From Candidatus Calescibacterium sp. (lineage in GTDB: Bacteria > Calescibacteriota > Calescibacteriia > Calescibacteriales > Calescibacteriaceae), in assembly GCA_032249135.1 (NCBI GenBank), contig JAVVGL010000027.1, forward strand, positions 1-24,702: a stretch of 24,702 bases of DNA, in the 5' to 3' direction. Positions within the stretch are counted from its first letter, which is position 1; each line of letters begins with the position of its first letter. Shown piece after piece: positions 20,857-24,702 of this stretch. The notes below the pieces were generated by a model. That model was not told the origin of the DNA, made no database searches, and was given only the letters and a program-made list of their open reading frames with translations. The position numbers and the translations under genes were made by a program.

Positions 20857-22545
20857 TCAGTGTGTTACAGCTCCTTCTGATGCAGATTTCACAAGACGAA
20901 TATATTTTCCAAGAACTCCCCTTGTAAATTTCGGAGTAGGTGGAGGAAGTTTTTTGAGCCTTTCTCTTATTTCTTCCTCAGAAATTTCAATATCAACCCT
21001 ACAATTATCTAAATCAATGTTTATAATATCTCCATCACGAACGCATGCTATTGGTCCTCTATCGTAAGCTTCTGGACAAACATGTCCTATCATAAGACCG
21101 CGAGTCGCACCTGAAAATCTTCCATCTGTCACAAGTGCAACTGAATCTATTAATCCTTGACCAACCAAAGCTGCTGTAACTTGAAGCATCTCTGGCATTC
21201 CTGGTGCTCCTTTTGGACCTTCATTTCTTATAACAACAACATCTCCGGGATTTATTTTTCTTTGTTTTACAGCTTCAAAGCATTCAAGTTCACTTTCAAA
21301 TACTTTTGCAGGTCCTCTGTGTTTTCTGCGTATCTGACCTCCGGAAACTTTCATAACAGCTCCTCCGGGTGCAAGGTTTCCATAAAGAATTATTATTCCA
21401 CCATCTGGTTTTAAAGGATCGTGCAAAGGTCTTATGACATCGCTGTATCTTACATCAATTTCTTTCAAGTTTTCTTTCACGGTCTTGCCTGTAACTGTTA
21501 GTGCATCACCGTGGATTAGTCCTGCATCCAGCAAAATTTTCATTATCATAGGAACTCCTCCTGCGAGATGAAGGTCATACATCACAAATCTTCCACCGGG
21601 TTTTAGATCAGCTATAAGAGGAGTTTTTTTGCTTATTCTTGCAAAATCGTCTAATGTGAGCTTTACTCCAACCTCGTTAGCTATTGCAATAAGATGTAAA
21701 ATTGCATTTGTTGAACCTCCAGTAGCGGCAACAACAGCGATGGCATTCTCAAAGGCTTCGCGAGTTAAAATATCAGATGGCTTTATTCCTAATTTCAAAA
21801 GATTTACAATTGCTCTTCCGACTTCTTCACATACAAATTTTCTTTCGGGATGTTCTGCCGGATAAGAATTTGAACCCGGTAGAGAAATTCCCAAAGCTTC
21901 TGCGGCACAAGCCATAGTGTTCGCTGTAAACTGACCTCCGCACGCCCCTATTGAAGGACATGCATTACACTCAATTTCATATAACTCATCTTCTGTTATT
22001 TTTCCTGATTGAAACATTCCAACAGCCTCATACACATCTTGAATTGTTATTCTTTTTCCTCTCCACTCCCCAGGCATTATAGTTCCACCGTAGAGGAATA
22101 TGGATGGTATATTAACTCTTGCCATTGCCATTATCATTCCTGGAATCGTTTTATCACATCCACCAACTCCAACGAAAGCATCATAAAAATGTGCATTAAG
22201 AACGGTTTCAACTGAGTCTGCAATTATTTCTCTGCTAACAAGAGAGTATCTCATACCTTCGTGTCCCATTCCTATTCCGTCGCTGACAGATATTGTTGCA
22301 AATTCTATTGGATATCCACCAGCAGATTTTATTCCTTTTTTTATGTATTTAGCTTGCTCATTGAGGTTGTAGTTGCAAGGAGTAATTTCGTTCCAAGCTG
22401 TTCCGACTGCAATAAATGGTTTTTCAAAATCTTCATCTTTATATCCCATAGCTCGCATAAAAGCTCTGTGAGGTGCTCTTTCCTCACCGCCCTTTATTCT
22501 ATCGCTCCTTAAAGGATAGTGTTTTTTGACATCAAACTTTGCCAT
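20857..22545 (-). CDS. ilvD: Dihydroxy-acid dehydratase
   Basis: [75 protein letters not shown]. Confidence 0.97.
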   Translation of the reverse strand: MAKFDVKKHYPLRSDRIKGGEERAPHRAFMRAMGYKDEDFEKPFIAVGTAWNEITPCNYNLNEQAKYIKKGIKSAGGYPIEFATISVSDGIGMGHEGMRYSLVSREIIADSVETVLNAHFYDAFVGVGGCDKTIPGMIMAMARVNIPSIFLYGGTIMPGEWRGKRITIQDVYEAVGMFQSGKITEDELYEIECNACPSIGACGGQFTANTMACAAEALGISLPGSNSYPAEHPERKFVCEEVGRAIVNLLKLGIKPSDILTREAFENAIAVVAATGGSTNAILHLIAIANEVGVKLTLDDFARISKKTPLIADLKPGGRFVMYDLHLAGGVPMIMKILLDAGLIHGDALTVTGKTVKENLKEIDVRYSDVIRPLHDPLKPDGGIIILYGNLAPGGAVMKVSGGQIRRKHRGPAKVFESELECFEAVKQRKINPGDVVVIRNEGPKGAPGMPEMLQVTAALVGQGLIDSVALVTDGRFSGATRGLMIGHVCPEAYDRGPIACVRDGDIINIDLDNCRVDIEISEEEIRERLKKLPPPTPKFTRGVLGKYIRLVKSASEGAVTH

Positions 22546-22609
22546 AACTTTGAATTTAACCGCAGAGCAAAAAAATAGAAAAAATCAAAAAATGAAAATG
22601 TAATTTGAA

Positions 22610-23014
22610 CTAAAAAGGAAGTTCCTCCTCTTGTTCTATTCCGAAATCTTCGTTATTGTAAATTTCAACTCTATCAATGTCAATTTCTTCTTTTGTGATC
22701 CCTTGTGGAATCAACTTTACAGATTTTGCAATCACAGTAGAAACTTTGAAGATTTTATTATCTATCTCAAAAGATGAGCTTTTTAATTTACCTTCTATAA
22801 ATACTCTGTCTCCTTTTTTAAGTTTTGAGCAGAACTCTGCAAGTTTTCCAAAAACTCTTACGGTGTGCCAATCTGTAACTTTCTCATATGTTCCGTTCCT
22901 TCTTATGAATTCGTTCGTGGCAACACGAAATATAACCATCATAACTCCATCTTTTGTAAATTTCACTTGTGGGTCAGAACCTAAATTTCCGAGAAGAAAA
23001 ACTTTGTTTATCAT
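22610..23014 (-). CDS. ssb: Single-stranded DNA-binding protein
   Basis: MINKVFLLGNLGSDP, TDWH, KKGDRVFIEGKL, acidic tail EEELPF. ATG at 23014 follows a GGGGGG SD-like run and is preferred over 23041. Confidence 0.94.
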   Translation of the reverse strand: MINKVFLLGNLGSDPQVKFTKDGVMMVIFRVATNEFIRRNGTYEKVTDWHTVRVFGKLAEFCSKLKKGDRVFIEGKLKSSSFEIDNKIFKVSTVIAKSVKLIPQGITKEEIDIDRVEIYNNEDFGIEQEEELPF

Positions 23015-23127
23015 GTCATTGTCCCCCCGAGATGAAATCAAAATATAATCAGAAAGGAAACTTTTTGTTGTAGATTAAAACAAAAAATTATTTTTCCTTT
23101 TTAAAAAATTGGTGAAAATATGAAATT

Positions 23128-24096
23128 TCAAATTTCCGTAAAAGTAATTTGAGAGAGGATTTGCTGAGCAATTTGGACATCTTTTTTTATCTTTTCTTTA
23201 AGTTCCTCGGCAGAGCTGAACTTGAAAACATCCCTTATTTTCTTGACAAAAAAAACCTCAATGCTTCTGAGATATATATTACCTTCAAAATCTAATATAA
23301 ACACTTCAAGGAATTTTCCAGAAGAGCCAAAAGTAGGTTTTGGTCCGACATTACATACACCTTTAAAAAATCCAAGTGAATCTAATTTTACAAAACAGGC
23401 GTAGACGCCGTCCTGAGGTAAAAAGTAAGTAGTAGAAATGTTAGCTGTTGGGAACCCTAAACTTTTTCCTCTTCCTTCTCCTTTTACAACACAACCCTTT
23501 ACAGAATAGAAAGATCCTGTATAATTTTTAAATTCCCGAACTTTCCCTTCCTTTATAAGATTTCGGAGAAAAGAGGAGGAAATTTTCTTTTCATCATCAG
23601 AGAATAGAAGTGGCACAATTTTTACATCTACTCCAAAATTTGAAAAAAATTTTTTGAGGTCTTCTGGTTTCCCTTTTGCATCCTTCCCAAATGAAAAATC
23701 GGCTCCAACAGATATTCCGCAAGGAGCTATCTTATCTTTCAAAAACAAGCAAAAATCATAAGGAGACATATCTTTGACTTGGAAGAAATTTAAAATCAAG
23801 ATATAATCTACTCCAAGCTTTTCAATCCTTTTTATTTTTTCTTTTATTGGAGTGAGGATGAAAAAATCTTCCGGTCTGAATATAAATCTCGGATGAGGCA
23901 GGAATGTTAAGATGCAGAGTTTAGATTTTTTGCTCTCTGCAATTTCCTTGCCTACTTTTATAACCTCTTGATGTCCTGCGTGAACTCCATCAAAATTTCC
24001 AATACAAATTACGGAACTATTTTTTATCTTTTCTTCTGCTTCTTTTGACTCTTTTGAAATATCCCACCAGAAAATTGTTTTTATTCTATTGAACAT
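23128..24096 (-). CDS. ribF: Bifunctional riboflavin kinase/FAD synthetase
   Basis: IGNFDGVHAGH, VGADFSFGK, KISSS, GRGKSLGFPTAN, NVGPKPTF, KIRDVFKF. Confidence 0.96.
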   Translation of the reverse strand: MFNRIKTIFWWDISKESKEAEEKIKNSSVICIGNFDGVHAGHQEVIKVGKEIAESKKSKLCILTFLPHPRFIFRPEDFFILTPIKEKIKRIEKLGVDYILILNFFQVKDMSPYDFCLFLKDKIAPCGISVGADFSFGKDAKGKPEDLKKFFSNFGVDVKIVPLLFSDDEKKISSSFLRNLIKEGKVREFKNYTGSFYSVKGCVVKGEGRGKSLGFPTANISTTYFLPQDGVYACFVKLDSLGFFKGVCNVGPKPTFGSSGKFLEVFILDFEGNIYLRSIEVFFVKKIRDVFKFSSAEELKEKIKKDVQIAQQILSQITFTEI

Positions 24097-24452
24097 GCTG
24101 TATCACCATATTTTAAATCTTCTGGTAAATTTTCATCTATACTCATATATATGAGTGAAACCAAACCTTTCAGGGCACTCATTATATTTCTTTTTCGCAT
24201 AAGGTATGAATGCATCCATCTTTCAACTACTTTTGCTCTTTTCTCGTAGCCTAAAGAAGAGAAAGGCTTAAAATATCTTGGTATGGTTGATACTTCAAGT
24301 AAAAAGAGCATTATTTTGAACATACGTTTTGCATCTTGGGGCATGTTATCAAAGAATTCTTTGGCTCTCGTTTCAAATCTTTTTGCTGATTCATCATTAT
24401 CAAATGGAATTATAACCTCAGCCAAATTCAAAAAAGTTTTGAAATAACGCAT
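24081..24452 (-). CDS. Hypothetical protein resembling the gluconate 2-dehydrogenase subunit 3-like helical family
   Basis: 'LAEVIIP...FSSLGYEKRAKVVERW...ALKGLVSLIY' pattern. Start is ATG 24452 or 24500; the end overlaps the ribF start. Confidence 0.5.
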   Translation of the reverse strand: MRYFKTFLNLAEVIIPFDNDESAKRFETRAKEFFDNMPQDAKRMFKIMLFLLEVSTIPRYFKPFSSLGYEKRAKVVERWMHSYLMRKRNIMSALKGLVSLIYMSIDENLPEDLKYGDTACSIE

Positions 24453-24532
24453 ATTTTTATCTGATTTTACATAAAACGAGAGAAAAAAATAAATTTTCAT
24501 TTAAGTTAATAAATGAAGCTAAATATTCAATA

Positions 24533-24595
24533 TTACTTCTTGTAGGCTCTGATTTTGGTCTGTTTTAACTTTCGTTTCCTTACCTTGTTGCTCAA
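24533..24595 (-). CDS. Possible 20 aa basic micropeptide
   Basis: TTG start overlapping the upstream TGA, AGGGGA 5 nt upstream, MSNKVRKRKLKQTKIRAYKK*. Confidence 0.25.
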   Translation of the reverse strand: MSNKVRKRKLKQTKIRAYKK

Positions 24596-24702
24596 TTTGA
24601 TCCCCTTATAAATATCCCTATTATTCCGGGTTTATTTGTTTGACCAAATATAATTTGTTTCTCTTTATCAACTTTGTAATCTATTTTCTCAAATTTTCCA
24701 TC
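24592..24702 (-). CDS. C-terminal end of a CDS running off the window
   Basis: Open frame DGKFEKIDYKVDKEKQIIFGQTNKPGIIGIFIRGSN* from the window edge. Confidence 0.55.
   Translation of the reverse strand, partial: DGKFEKIDYKVDKEKQIIFGQTNKPGIIGIFIRGSN

Overview
AT-rich (roughly 30% GC by eye) chromosomal segment of a bacterium with very GC-rich rRNA/tRNA genes, which points to a (hyper)thermophilic, deep-branching lineage. From left to right: a pseudopilin-like gene; a 7-gene CDP-sugar cluster (rfbG, C-methyltransferase, rfbC-type epimerase, SDR reductase, second C-methyltransferase, CmcI-type O-methyltransferase, rfbF); an exported rhodanese; a chimeric scar joining a truncated hemC 5' end to a ~95% identical copy of the rfbF 3' end; a large orphan lipoprotein; tRNA-Lys; an SPFH protein; a PD40/TolB-like envelope protein; an XPB/Rad25-like helicase; a minus-strand rRNA operon (16S, tRNA-Ile, tRNA-Ala, 23S) with no linked 5S; ilvD, ssb, ribF and two further ORFs. 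The most unusual signals lie in and around the rRNA operon: a leader segment perfectly complementary (18 nt) to the tRNA-Ala 3' end plus trailer, a duplicated boxB-like leader module, compensatory changes at normally near-invariant rRNA positions (causing mismatches to 27F/806R/926R/1492R), shortened helices, and a G-free trailer where 5S would normally be. Promoter geometry suggests leaderless mRNAs and a leaderless tRNA. All calls come from reading the sequence; no searches were run, and E. coli comparisons are from memory.
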